Shown: piece after piece, positions 19,635 to 29,673 of the stretch
How the letters are laid out: each line of letters starts with the position of its first letter
Numbering within the stretch: position 1 is the stretch's first letter
NCBI GenBank assembly: GCA_035293585.1
Contig: DATGMN010000050.1
Location: 23,274-87,273, forward strand
From: Bradyrhizobium sp.
GTDB taxonomy: Bacteria; Pseudomonadota; Alphaproteobacteria; Rhizobiales; Xanthobacteraceae
DNA length: 64,000 nucleotides
Direction of reading: 5' to 3'
Notes under the pieces: model-generated
Seen by the model: only the letters and a program-made list of their open reading frames with translations
What the model was told of the DNA's origin: nothing
Database searches by the model: none
Made by a program: the position numbers and the translations under genes

Positions 19635-21287
19635 ATGGACCGCGAGCACCCGGTGGCTGCCGAGCAGGGCAAACTCGATTCGATTGCGCCTGCGGCCGAC
19701 GACGTCGCCGCGGTCCTCAATGCCGTGCTCGGCGAGATGCGCGCCGGAAAATACCTCGATGCGCAGATGCTCTGCCGGCAGCTGCTGGAACGGAGCCCCG
19801 ATAATCCGGAAATCCTGCATCTGATGGCGCTCGTCTGCTTCAACGCGAGCCAGTTCGACCATGCAGTCGAATGGGCCTCCCGGGCGCTCAGGATCGATGC
19901 CAAGCCCGCTTATCTGACGACGCTCGGCACGGCGCTTCTCAACCTCGGCCGGCGCGACGATGCCGTGAGGGTGTTCGACGCCGCGGTGCAGCTCAAGCCC
20001 GACGATGCCGGCCTGTGGAGCAATCTCGCAAATGCGCTGATCGAGGCCGGACATGTTTCCGATGCGCTGCTTTGCCTGGCGCGGGCCCATCAGCTCGACC
20101 CGCAGAACCCCAAGGTTCGCAACGACCTCGGCCACGGCTTCATGCTGCTCGGCCGGCATGAGGAGGCGCTCGACTGGTTCGACCGCGCGCTCGAGATCAA
20201 GCCCGACAGTGTCGAGACGCTCAACAACAAGGCTTTCTCGCTGACGAGGCTGCATCGCTTCGACGAAGCCCTTGCCGTCTACGCACGCTCGAAGGCGGCT
20301 TCGCCCGACAATGCCGCGACCGATTTCAACGTGGCGCTGCTGCAGATGCTGACCGGAAGCTTCAATGCCGGCTGGCTGGGCCGTGAGGCCCGCTTCCGTC
20401 TGCCGTCGCCGGCGCCTTACCCCGATTTCCGCGAGCCCCGCTGGTTCGGCGATCAGGACATTTCGGGCAAGACCATCCTGCTCTATGCCGACGAGGGGCT
20501 GGGCGATTCCATCCAGTTCGTGCGCTATGCGCCGATGGTCGCCGCACGCGGCGCGCGCGTCGTTCTCGCGGTCGATGACGTCCTGTGCACGCTGCTTGCG
20601 GCGGTCCCCGATGTCGCCCAATGCGTCGCGAAATCGGACACGCTGCTGGGCTTCGATCTGCATTGCCCGATCTCGAGCCTGCCGCTGGTCTTCAACACCA
20701 CATTGGAGACGATCCCGGCGGCGGCATCCTATTTGCCGCCGCCGGCGCCGGAGCACGTGCGGCGGTGGGAGGATCGGCTCGGTCCGCATGAGACGCTGCG
20801 GGTTGGTCTGGTCTGGTCCGGCAATCCGCGGCACGTCAACGATCGCGACCGGTCGATGCGGCTGCGCGAGATGCTTCCCCTCCTTGAAATCGGCGCGACC
20901 TTTGTCAGCCTGCAGAAGGACCCGCGGCCGGACGACAAGGTGACCCTGGCCGGGACCCGCATCATCGATTGGACGGTCGAGCTCACCGATTTCGCGGAGA
21001 CGGCGGCGCTGATCTCCTGTCTCGATCTCGTGATCTCGGTCGATACCAGCGTCGCGCATCTGGCCGCGGCGCTGGGACGTCCGACCTGGATCCTGTTGCC
21101 CTACACACCGGATTATCGCTGGCTGCTCGGTCGTGACGACAGCCCCTGGTATCCGAGCGTGCATCTGTTCAGGCAAAGCGCCAGCGGCGGTTACGGCGAG
21201 GTGGTCGCGCGGGTTCGCACCGCGCTGGTCGAACTCGCTGCGGCGTGCAGCGCAGCTCGCGAGGGGCATTCCGCGCAAGACGACTAG
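19635..21287 (+). CDS. TPR-repeat protein with C-terminal glycosyltransferase-like (GT9-type) domain
   Basis: Several TPRs, then EGLGDSIQFVRY, VGLVWSGNP, DLVISVDTSVAHLAAALG, DSPWYPS. Confidence 0.88.
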   Translation: MDREHPVAAEQGKLDSIAPAADDVAAVLNAVLGEMRAGKYLDAQMLCRQLLERSPDNPEILHLMALVCFNASQFDHAVEWASRALRIDAKPAYLTTLGTALLNLGRRDDAVRVFDAAVQLKPDDAGLWSNLANALIEAGHVSDALLCLARAHQLDPQNPKVRNDLGHGFMLLGRHEEALDWFDRALEIKPDSVETLNNKAFSLTRLHRFDEALAVYARSKAASPDNAATDFNVALLQMLTGSFNAGWLGREARFRLPSPAPYPDFREPRWFGDQDISGKTILLYADEGLGDSIQFVRYAPMVAARGARVVLAVDDVLCTLLAAVPDVAQCVAKSDTLLGFDLHCPISSLPLVFNTTLETIPAAASYLPPPAPEHVRRWEDRLGPHETLRVGLVWSGNPRHVNDRDRSMRLREMLPLLEIGATFVSLQKDPRPDDKVTLAGTRIIDWTVELTDFAETAALISCLDLVISVDTSVAHLAAALGRPTWILLPYTPDYRWLLGRDDSPWYPSVHLFRQSASGGYGEVVARVRTALVELAAACSAAREGHSAQDD

Positions 21288-21445
21288 GCCCAAGGCCACG
21301 AGGGACGAGTCCTCTTTTCAAGATCCATGGTGAAACGGGAACATCGGCCGGGCGAGCAATCGCGCGATTCCTGCTGCGAACTCACTCTTGCGGCGCGTCC
21401 CACGCGCGCCTGCAACATTCGCAACCCTGGATGGAGCCAACCCCC

Positions 21446-21580
21446 ATGAACACATCGCTTGATGTCGCCGAAAGCGGCGATGAATCCTATCGTCGGCTTG
21501 CGATCCTGCGCTGGGTGATGGTCGTCATCTTCGCGTCGTTCGGCATGCAGAAGTTCACGCTGCAATCGGCCGACGCGTGG
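21446..21580 (+). pseudogene. N-terminal fragment of a DUF417/YkgB(RclC)-like inner membrane protein
   Basis: LRWVMVVIFASFGMQKFT resembles the first TM of DUF417 proteins; the frame then runs antisense into the hydrolase gene. Confidence 0.55.
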
Positions 21581-22360
21581 TCAGCCCTGCTGTCCGGCGG
21601 CTTCCAGGATCAGCGTCGCGATCTCGTCCGGATGGGAGATCAATCCGAGGTGACTCGCTTTCACCTCGATGGTCTTGGCGCCCATGCGCTTGGCCATGAA
21701 GCGCTCGAGATCGGGATCGATGGTGCGGTCCTCGGTTGAAACCGCATAATAGCTCGGCTTCGACCGCCACGCCGCGTTGCTGGTCTTGCCCGAGAGCAGC
21801 GCCTTGTGGAACGGCTGTTGCACCGCATAGAGCACTTTTGCCTTTGCTGCCGGGAGGTCGCCGGCGAAATCGCGCAGGAAGGCCTCTTCGCTGAGCCGGC
21901 CTTCATCGCCGTCGAAGACGATGCCGGCACTGGCCGGCGGCGTCGGATAGGTCTTGGCAAGCGCCGTGTAGTCCTCGCCCGCATCGGGCGCGCGGGCCGC
22001 GACATAGACCAGCGCCGAGACGTTGGGATGCACGCCGGCCTCGGTGACGATCATCCCGGAAAAAGAGTGGCCGACCAGCACCGTCGGGCCGTCCTGCCGC
22101 GCCAGTACGCGCTCGGCCGCGGCGACCGCCTCGGGCAGCGTGGTCAGCGGATTCTGCACCGAGGTGCAATTGAGTCCGGCCGCCTGCAGGCGCGCGATCA
22201 CCTCGCTCCAGCACGAGCCGTCGGCGAACAGCCCGTGCACCAGCACGACGTTGCGTGCCTTGGCTGGCGCCGCGGCTGCAGCGGCGCCGCGGGCCGCGAT
22301 CAGCGAGCCGGCTGCGCCGGCGAGCAGGGCGGCGGAAAAAGCGCGTCTATCAATTGTCAT
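21581..22360 (-). CDS. Tat-exported alpha/beta hydrolase
   Basis: DRRAF Tat motif; VLVHG, GHSFSG nucleophile elbow, ASH. Confidence 0.88.
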   Translation of the reverse strand: MTIDRRAFSAALLAGAAGSLIAARGAAAAAAPAKARNVVLVHGLFADGSCWSEVIARLQAAGLNCTSVQNPLTTLPEAVAAAERVLARQDGPTVLVGHSFSGMIVTEAGVHPNVSALVYVAARAPDAGEDYTALAKTYPTPPASAGIVFDGDEGRLSEEAFLRDFAGDLPAAKAKVLYAVQQPFHKALLSGKTSNAAWRSKPSYYAVSTEDRTIDPDLERFMAKRMGAKTIEVKASHLGLISHPDEIATLILEAAGQQG

Positions 22361-22489
22361 GGCCAGGTTCCTTCGTGACGTCATCCGCCCGCGCGAGGGC
22401 CGTCGGACCTTGGCATGTCAGATGTCAGCTCATCAAATCACACAGTGTTCAAATCGCCGCCAGTTCACTCCCGGACAAGAATTCGGCCG

Positions 22490-22638
22490 CCATCGAAGCG
22501 CCGTTCGGACGGCTGCTGCAGGACGCGCTGGCGCTGCCGATGTTCGGCGGCGGCAATATGGGCATAAGGCGGCGCCAGCTGCACGCACCGTTCATGCATC
22601 CGGACGACGATCGGCTTGCCGCGGCCTTCAGGTCCTGA
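22490..22638 (+). pseudogene. C-terminal remnant of a nitroalkane-oxidase-like acyl-CoA dehydrogenase
   Basis: FGRLLQDALALPMFGGGNMGIRRRQLH resembles the PLFDGGNxGxRRRQ C-terminus of nitroalkane oxidases; the rest of the gene is missing. Confidence 0.55.
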
Positions 22639-22642
22639 GCTC

Positions 22643-23998
22643 TCAGTGCACGATGCCCTCGACGCGGAGATCGACGCCTTTGGGATCCTTCACGGTCGAG
22701 ACCGCGAGCAGCGATATCACGGCAAGGACGCTGATATACACGCCGATCGCCCAGGAGCTTCCGTAAACGCCGATGATCCATTGCGCGATCATCGGCGCAA
22801 AGGCACCGCCGAGAATGGCGCCGAGCGCGTAGCCGACGGACACACCGGAGTAACGGACCTTGGCCGGAAAGAGCTCGGCATAGAGCGCCGCCTGCGGGCC
22901 ATAGGAGAGCCCGAGGCCAAGGGTCAGCCCGGCGGCGGCAACGAAAAACAGCACGATGTTCTTGCTGTCGATCAGAAACCACATCGGTATCGCCCACAGC
23001 GCCAGGATGGCGTAGCCGGCCTGGAACGTCCGCACGCGTCCCCATTTGTCGCCGAGCACGCCGCCGGCCAGCGTGAAGATGAACCAGTTGCCTGCGCCAA
23101 GCGTCGAGACCAGCAGGATCTGGTCGGCCGGCATCTTCAGCGTGCCCAGCCCATAGGAGATCATGAAGGCGATGAAGATGTAGCCCGCCGCATTGTTGGC
23201 CATGAAGATCAGCGCCGCGCGCAGGATTTCGCCGGCATGGTTGCGCAAGAGGTCGCGCAAGGGGGCCGCGGATTCCTTCTGGCGACGAATCATCTCGGCA
23301 AACACCGGCGACTCCTCGACCGAGCGGCGAATGATCGCGCCGATGATGATGAGCACGATGGAGAACAGGAACGGGATGCGCCATCCCCATTCCGCCATGG
23401 CGGGCTTGCCGAGCGCGGTGGTCAGGACCCACAGCACGCCGGTTGCCATCACCATGCCGATCGGCGTGCCGATCTGCGGGAAGGAGCCGAAGAAGCTGCG
23501 CCGATCGACCGGGGCGTGCTCCACCGCCATCAGCGCTGCGCCGCCCCATTCACCGCCCGCCGAAAATCCCTGCAGGACGCGCATCAGGATCAGGAGCGCC
23601 GGCGCCCAGGCGCCGGCCTGGGCGTAGGTCGGCAGGAGGCCGATCACGGCGGTGGCCGTTCCCATCAGGATCAGCGTCATCACGAACATGGCGCGGCGGC
23701 CGAAGCGGTCGCCCATGTGCCCGCAGAGGATCGCACCCAATGGCCGGAACAGGAACGACAGGCCGATGGTGGCGAAGGAGACGATCTGGGCCAGCAGCGG
23801 ATTGTTCTGCACCATCGGTCCGAAGAACAGCGGCCCGAATACGAGGCCCGCCGCCTGGGCATAGACGAAGAAGTCATACCATTCGATCGTCGTCCCGACG
23901 AGCGTGGCGACCAGCACCTTCTTCTCATCGGCGCTGACGATCTGGGTATTGATCGCGGCAGCTCCGGCCCTCACTTCCAACGTCATGGCGTCCCCCAT
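22643..23998 (-). CDS. MFS metabolite:H+ symporter (MHS, ShiA-like)
   Basis: GTTIEWYDFF, GDRFGRR, QGFSAGGEWGGA, WGWRIPFL, ELFP. Confidence 0.92.
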   Translation of the reverse strand: MGDAMTLEVRAGAAAINTQIVSADEKKVLVATLVGTTIEWYDFFVYAQAAGLVFGPLFFGPMVQNNPLLAQIVSFATIGLSFLFRPLGAILCGHMGDRFGRRAMFVMTLILMGTATAVIGLLPTYAQAGAWAPALLILMRVLQGFSAGGEWGGAALMAVEHAPVDRRSFFGSFPQIGTPIGMVMATGVLWVLTTALGKPAMAEWGWRIPFLFSIVLIIIGAIIRRSVEESPVFAEMIRRQKESAAPLRDLLRNHAGEILRAALIFMANNAAGYIFIAFMISYGLGTLKMPADQILLVSTLGAGNWFIFTLAGGVLGDKWGRVRTFQAGYAILALWAIPMWFLIDSKNIVLFFVAAAGLTLGLGLSYGPQAALYAELFPAKVRYSGVSVGYALGAILGGAFAPMIAQWIIGVYGSSWAIGVYISVLAVISLLAVSTVKDPKGVDLRVEGIVH

Positions 23999-24151
23999 CG
24001 AGCCTATCGTTCTTGATCGTGGGGGACGTTATTTTCGGTCTGGCTCGAAATATCAAGTAGGTCCGGCCGCATGGCTGCGGCGCCCGGCCGAAGTCCCGAC
24101 CGTCTCCATTCTCTCCCCGGTGCTGGCCCGGTGCGCGCGTGCCGTCCGCGG

Positions 24152-25774
24152 TTATGGTGTCGTCGCGATGACGACGCCAGGGCCGCTCGCCAGCACGCTC
24201 GGAGGGGCGTCCGACGCCGGAGGCACGATGACCGCGGTGAATCGCTCGATCGCGCCCGGTTGTCCCAGCAGGCTCGATTGGAGTTCGAAGTCGGATCGGA
24301 TCACGCGCGGTGCGCGCGCCGCGATCCGTTCCATCGTGCCGATACAGCTCTCGTCATCGCCGAAGCAAAGGCCGGCCCAGCCATTCTCGTGGCGGATCAC
24401 CTCGCCGAACCGCCAGCCATTTCCGACCAGCAGTCGTTCTTCATAGAAGGGATGATCGGGGCTGTAGAAGGCGGTGGAGAAGGCGAGGTCCTCGTCGCCG
24501 CCGATCGACGGCAGCGGCAGATCGGTGATGGCGTGCCAGCGCCGCGTCAGCTCGTCGGCCGATGCCTGGTAGAAATTCCGTCCCTCGCTCAACGGATGGA
24601 AGTTGCGATAATAGGCGTGCACCGGCGCTACCACCAACGCCGCGCCAATCGAGATCGCGATCACGCCGGCCGCCAGATTGACCGCAGGGACGCGGTCGAT
24701 CTGATAGCTCGCGCCGCAGACGATCAGGATGACGAACAGGAACAGCCCCTGCAGCGACCAGACCGGGGGCATGTCCGTGCCCATCACGGCAGAGGTGATC
24801 GCCGGGAAGAACAGGGTCCCAAGGCTGATCATGAACAGGAGCAGCAGCCCCGGATTCATGGCGTGGAAATCATCGCAAAACCGTTTCATCCGGTCGCCGG
24901 CCATCAACACCCAGGTTGCCGCGGGCAGCAGCACGACGAGGCCGGCGCACAGCAGGAAGCCGATCGCTTCGCCAAGCGACGGCCCGAGCTCCTTGCCGGC
25001 ATGTTTTGTCAGGGCATAGGCGAACGGTTTGGCGCCTGTCGTCGCCAGCCAATGAATGTGAGGCGCCAGCATCAGCAGGCCGACCAGCGACGACACCCAG
25101 GGCGCGAGCGAACCGAAATAGGCGCGGCGCTGCGGATGACAGATCGCGGCAACCAGAAAGCTTGCGATCAGGAACACCGAGAAATATTTCCCCAGCATCG
25201 CCAGAGCGGCGCTCGCGCCGGCCGCGATCGCCCAGTCGAGCGACCCCGTTTCGAACGAGCGCAGGAAGCAATAGGTGGCAAGCGGCCAGGTGGCGAGCAG
25301 TACCGCATTGGCGTTGAAGCGCTGGGCGTGAAACTGATAGATCGGCAGCAGCATCAGCAGCAGAAGCGCGATCAGCCTCTTGTCGCCCCTGACGAACCGC
25401 CGCGTGATCAGGTCCGTGATCCACAGCGCGAATGCCGAGTTGGTCAGTGACAGGAGGTCGAACGACCAGTTGGTGAGCGGGAAAAATGTGGTCCAGGCCC
25501 GCGCCATCCATCCCATCAGGGGCGGGTGCTTGGAATAGCCCCATGCCAGGCTGCGACCGAGCGTCCAAGTCTCCAGCACGTCGGGATGCAGATCGCCGTC
25601 GGCATAGGCGATCGCGAAATAGACCTGCCAGATCGCGACGAAGCCGAGCAGCAGAAGCGGAATGGCCCAGCCTTCTTCAACTCCATCCAACCAGCGCTCC
25701 AGCGGGGTTCGCCAGCGCGCCTGAGAAAAGTCCGGGTACGCAACCGCAACAGAAAACGCTACGCACATTGCCAC
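24152..25774 (-). CDS. GT-C membrane glycosyltransferase (GT39/ArnT-like)
   Basis: WGYSKHPPL, LGKY, PHIHWL and many TM segments. Confidence 0.82.
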   Translation of the reverse strand: MAMCVAFSVAVAYPDFSQARWRTPLERWLDGVEEGWAIPLLLLGFVAIWQVYFAIAYADGDLHPDVLETWTLGRSLAWGYSKHPPLMGWMARAWTTFFPLTNWSFDLLSLTNSAFALWITDLITRRFVRGDKRLIALLLLMLLPIYQFHAQRFNANAVLLATWPLATYCFLRSFETGSLDWAIAAGASAALAMLGKYFSVFLIASFLVAAICHPQRRAYFGSLAPWVSSLVGLLMLAPHIHWLATTGAKPFAYALTKHAGKELGPSLGEAIGFLLCAGLVVLLPAATWVLMAGDRMKRFCDDFHAMNPGLLLLFMISLGTLFFPAITSAVMGTDMPPVWSLQGLFLFVILIVCGASYQIDRVPAVNLAAGVIAISIGAALVVAPVHAYYRNFHPLSEGRNFYQASADELTRRWHAITDLPLPSIGGDEDLAFSTAFYSPDHPFYEERLLVGNGWRFGEVIRHENGWAGLCFGDDESCIGTMERIAARAPRVIRSDFELQSSLLGQPGAIERFTAVIVPPASDAPPSVLASGPGVVIATTP

Positions 25775-26299
25775 ACACTCATCATACTAAAGGCGCCGGG
25801 AATCGGGAATCCCGACATGAATGAGGCAACACGTGCTCATCGCTCCACGCGTATCGCGCGCGGAAGCTCGACCAATCCGCATTGCCGGTTAGCTGGTGCG
25901 AGATTCATTAAATTGCGTTCATGTCGCAAATCGAAACGGATGGTGGAGAAAATGCGATCATATTCGTGCAAAAACTGATTTCGTCATTGCGAGCGGCAAC
26001 CACGACAAAACACTCGAGCCGCACGTGCGGCTCCGGATCGTTTCCCTGTTGGCCGCTGTGGTGGCGCGCAGGATCAATACAATCTCTCCGTGCGTCTGCG
26101 GCAACCTGTTATGCACTCTCGATGACCTGAGGACCGCACGGGGCGGCGGCGCGGGAGCTTTGGCCGACGGGCATTGGGCAAGGGCCATTGACAATATGTG
26201 GGCCACAAACCGCCCTTGCGGTGGCCGCCGTGCCGCGGCAAGGTGACGCCGACTTCGGCGCCAGGCAGACGTGCGCAGTTACCTCAAGGGAAGAAGGCT

Positions 26300-27157
26300 A
26301 TGATCGAAACACTCGGCATCATCGGGGCGGGCACCATGGGCAACGGCATCGCCCAGATCAGCGCGGCTGCGGGCCTCAATGTCACCATGGTCGACATATC
26401 GGACGCCGCGGTGGCGCGGGGGCTTGCGGCGGTCGGCTCCAGCCTGGACCGCCTGGTCAAGAAGGAGAAGATGACGGCTGCCGACAAGGCCGCGGCGCTG
26501 TCGCGCATTGCCGCCACCACCGACAAGGCCAGTTTGGCGGCGTGCGACCTCGTCATCGAGGCTGCAACCGAGAATGAGGAGCTGAAGGTCAAGATCCTGA
26601 AGGACCTCTGCGCGGGCCTGAAGAAGGACGCGCTGATCGCGACCAACACCTCCTCGATCTCCATCACCCGGCTCGCGACCGCGACCGACCGTCCCGACCG
26701 CTTCATCGGCATGCATTTCTTCAACCCGGTGCCGATGATGGCGCTGCTGGAATTGATCCGCGGCCTGCAGACCTCCGACGACACCCATGCCAAGGCGGTC
26801 GCATTTGCCAAGCGCGTCGGCAAGGTGCCGATCACGGCCAAGAACAGCCCGGGCTTTGCGGTCAACCGCATTCTCTGTCCGATGATCAACGAAGCGATCT
26901 TCGCCTATTCGGAAGGGATCGCGACCGCGGCCGACATCGACGAGGGCATGAAGCTCGGCTGCAATCATCCGATCGGCCCGCTCGCGCTCGCCGACCTGAT
27001 CGGGCTCGACACCATGCTGTCGGTGATGGAGGTCTTCTATAAAGGCTTCAACGATCCGAAATATCGCCCCGCGCCGCTCCTGAAGGAAATGGTCGATGCC
27101 GGCCAGCTCGGCCGCAAGACCGGCAAGGGCTTTTATGACTACAGCGCCGGCACCTGA
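26300..27157 (+). CDS. hbd: 3-hydroxybutyryl-CoA dehydrogenase
   Basis: [53 protein letters not shown]. Confidence 0.93.
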   Translation: MIETLGIIGAGTMGNGIAQISAAAGLNVTMVDISDAAVARGLAAVGSSLDRLVKKEKMTAADKAAALSRIAATTDKASLAACDLVIEAATENEELKVKILKDLCAGLKKDALIATNTSSISITRLATATDRPDRFIGMHFFNPVPMMALLELIRGLQTSDDTHAKAVAFAKRVGKVPITAKNSPGFAVNRILCPMINEAIFAYSEGIATAADIDEGMKLGCNHPIGPLALADLIGLDTMLSVMEVFYKGFNDPKYRPAPLLKEMVDAGQLGRKTGKGFYDYSAGT

Positions 27158-28539
27158 TCGTCGCTCGGAACGCCGGCCGCTCTGCGGCTGCGAATGAGCT
27201 GCGTGGCGAGATCCGCGCACTGGTTGCGGATGTCGGGGATCGCCATGATCTCCCAGAACGCTGCGCGCGTGAGAGGCCCGATGGCGAATAGCCGCCGCGA
27301 CGGGACGCCGTCGCGGCTGATGATGGCGCAATCGGTGGCGATGTCGAGGCCGATCCGCAGGCGATCGGGACGCGCCAGGCCCTGATCGAACAGGCTGCGC
27401 AGCACCGGATTGGGGCTCGCGCTGGCGTCGCGCACGATGCCGGTACAATCGACGATGGTGCCGACCTGCAGGCTTTCGATCTCGGGACGGCCGCGTCGCC
27501 GGTAGCGCACGAAGGCGCCGCGCGCGTTCGGCTCGATGGCCGTGACTTTCGCCGCGACCGATGTCAGGCGTCCCTCGGACAGCGCGTGGGTGACGCGCAT
27601 TTCGACCTCCGGGGCCATGCGGTGGCGATGCACGTCCCACCAGGCGCGCACATGCTCGAGAAAGCGGCGGCGGGAGGGAAGCGGTAGCTCCCGCCAGATG
27701 CGCTGGGTGAAGGGCCTGATGCCGTCGACCACGCTGCGCCAGTCGCCGCCTTGCGCGACATGCGCATCGACGCGCCGGCGAAACCAGCGCAGGAGATGGC
27801 TGGCGCTGGCGCCGAAGGGAACCTCGGCTTCATCGATGCGGACCGGATCGACACGGCGATGCGCTCGCGCCATCAGCCCGCGCCGCGACATCGCGATGAC
27901 GGGGCCGCGATGCCCGTCGGCCAGCAGCGTCAGGACATAGTCGATCGCGGTCAGCCCGGTTCCGAGAATGAGAATGGTCGCATCCTTGTCGATGCCTGCA
28001 GCGGAGGGCGGCGCCCAGGGATCGGCCTGGCAGGCCATCCGCAGCACGGCCGGATCATGCCCGGTGGCGAGAATGGCGATATCGCCGGCGAGCTGCCTGC
28101 CGTCGGCGAGCATGACCGCGACGCCGTCGGCGCTCTCCCCGACATCGGTGCATTCGCCCTGCACGATGCTGAGGCTGCGCGGCGCGCATGCCCCGCCAAG
28201 CAGCGGCTCGACCAGGCTCGCGATGTAGTCGCCATAGAGGCGGCGGGGCACGAAGCAGAACGGGTCGTGGCAATGTTGCCGGTCCGGACCACGGGTGGAG
28301 AGCCAGCGCCAGAAATGATCGGGATCGTCGGGCAGGGCGCTCATATTGGCCGCCCGCACATTGAGGAGGTGGTCGGGGTTGCCGGTGTGATAGGCAAGGC
28401 CGCGGCCGATGTCCGGTCGTTTCTCGACCAGGGTGACGCAGAAGTCGGAGCCCTGTTTCTGCAGCAGCTGATAGGCCAGCAGGACGCCGCTGGCGCCCCC
28501 GCCGATGATGATGGCGTGTCGCGCTGCGGAACGTGTCAT
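27139..28539 (-). CDS. FAD/NAD(P)-binding oxidoreductase of unknown specificity
   Basis: [36 protein letters not shown]. Confidence 0.85.
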   Translation of the reverse strand: MTRSAARHAIIIGGGASGVLLAYQLLQKQGSDFCVTLVEKRPDIGRGLAYHTGNPDHLLNVRAANMSALPDDPDHFWRWLSTRGPDRQHCHDPFCFVPRRLYGDYIASLVEPLLGGACAPRSLSIVQGECTDVGESADGVAVMLADGRQLAGDIAILATGHDPAVLRMACQADPWAPPSAAGIDKDATILILGTGLTAIDYVLTLLADGHRGPVIAMSRRGLMARAHRRVDPVRIDEAEVPFGASASHLLRWFRRRVDAHVAQGGDWRSVVDGIRPFTQRIWRELPLPSRRRFLEHVRAWWDVHRHRMAPEVEMRVTHALSEGRLTSVAAKVTAIEPNARGAFVRYRRRGRPEIESLQVGTIVDCTGIVRDASASPNPVLRSLFDQGLARPDRLRIGLDIATDCAIISRDGVPSRRLFAIGPLTRAAFWEIMAIPDIRNQCADLATQLIRSRRAAGVPSDDQVPAL

Positions 28540-28977
28540 GCGGCCGGCCTCCTCGGCGGTTGCTGCGGTCCGGCGCGGCAGCGTCGCCGCGAACGAACTT
28601 GCGGGTGGCGTGTTATGCGGAGAAAAAATATCTCGCGCAAATAAGCAAAAATGGAATGCTTATTCCTTTTGGAGGAAAGGCCTTTTCGACGATCCCTCGG
28701 CGCGCCAGGCAGCCGAATGTTGCGGACGCGAGCTTGCTGCTTTTTCAATCTTGCATGTGCGAACGATGAATTCCCACGCGATCGGGCATGCAGCAGATAT
28801 GGAAATACAAAATGCCACTGCACATGAATCAGTTTTTCGCGCCGCGCAAACCAAGCGCTCGCAAACGAACGGCGCGAAGAGAAAGACGAAGTAATTTCGT
28901 CGTCGCCTTCATTTTGGCAGAGTTGAGCGCTCAGGTTGCGCGTCTGAATTCAAGTTCGCCCGGGAGCTTGAGAGGAC

Positions 28978-29580
28978 ATGCAGTGCCCTTTCCAAACACG
29001 ACGATCGTTACTTCTTGCGGCGCTCGCGGCCGGCGCGGGCCTCGCAGCCGAAAGCATCGCGTCGAAAGCCGTTGCAGCCGACGAGGAGCCGCCGGGCAGC
29101 GATGAGCGGCCGCAGAAGGGCGACCTGCTGGTTCACTCCGAAGGGGAGCAGGAAGGCAAGCTCATCAGGCCGGATGATTTGAAACTCGGCGGCCCGCCGC
29201 TGCACGCCTGGCCGCAGGATCCAAAGACGTCGGTCGTTCGCAGCGGTTCGCGCCTCAACGAGATTCTGGTCGTCAAACTCGATCCGGCCGAGCTTGACGA
29301 GGACACCCGCGCACGGGCCGCCGGCGGTATCGTCGCTTACTCCGCGATTTGCGCCCATGCCGGCTGTCCCGTCACCGACTGGGTCAAGGGCGAGGGACTC
29401 GACAAGAACGTCTTCAAATGCCCTTGCCATAACTCCGAATACGACCCCCGGGAGGGTGCACGGGTCGTGTTCGGTCCGGCGCCGAGGCATCTTGCGGCGC
29501 TTCCACTGGCGTTGGTCGACGGTTCACTCACCGTCGCGGCACCCTTCATCGGAAAGGTAGGTGCCCAGCAGACAGGATGA
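28978..29580 (+). CDS. Tat-exported Rieske [2Fe-2S] protein
   Basis: TRRSLLL signal; CAHAGC and CPCHNSEYD Rieske boxes; GPAPR. Confidence 0.92.
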   Translation: MQCPFQTRRSLLLAALAAGAGLAAESIASKAVAADEEPPGSDERPQKGDLLVHSEGEQEGKLIRPDDLKLGGPPLHAWPQDPKTSVVRSGSRLNEILVVKLDPAELDEDTRARAAGGIVAYSAICAHAGCPVTDWVKGEGLDKNVFKCPCHNSEYDPREGARVVFGPAPRHLAALPLALVDGSLTVAAPFIGKVGAQQTG

Positions 29581-29673
29581 CGCGCGTGCCGTCCGCAAAA
29601 CGCAATTCCTCAGCCAACGAAAACGTCGTCACCGACGGGTGACGTACAAAACGATCACAGGGAGATAGCGTCC

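Noticed and set aside
25798-25814. GGGAATCGGGAATCCCG, similar to the reverse complement of 39481-39497 upstream of xoxF
   Set aside because: Only two instances, in opposite orientation relative to their genes, and it does not fit the 7-1-7 spacing; probably chance.
28978-29580. Arsenite oxidase small subunit or bc1 Rieske subunit
   Set aside because: No AioA-type subunit or cytochrome b/c1 genes are adjacent.
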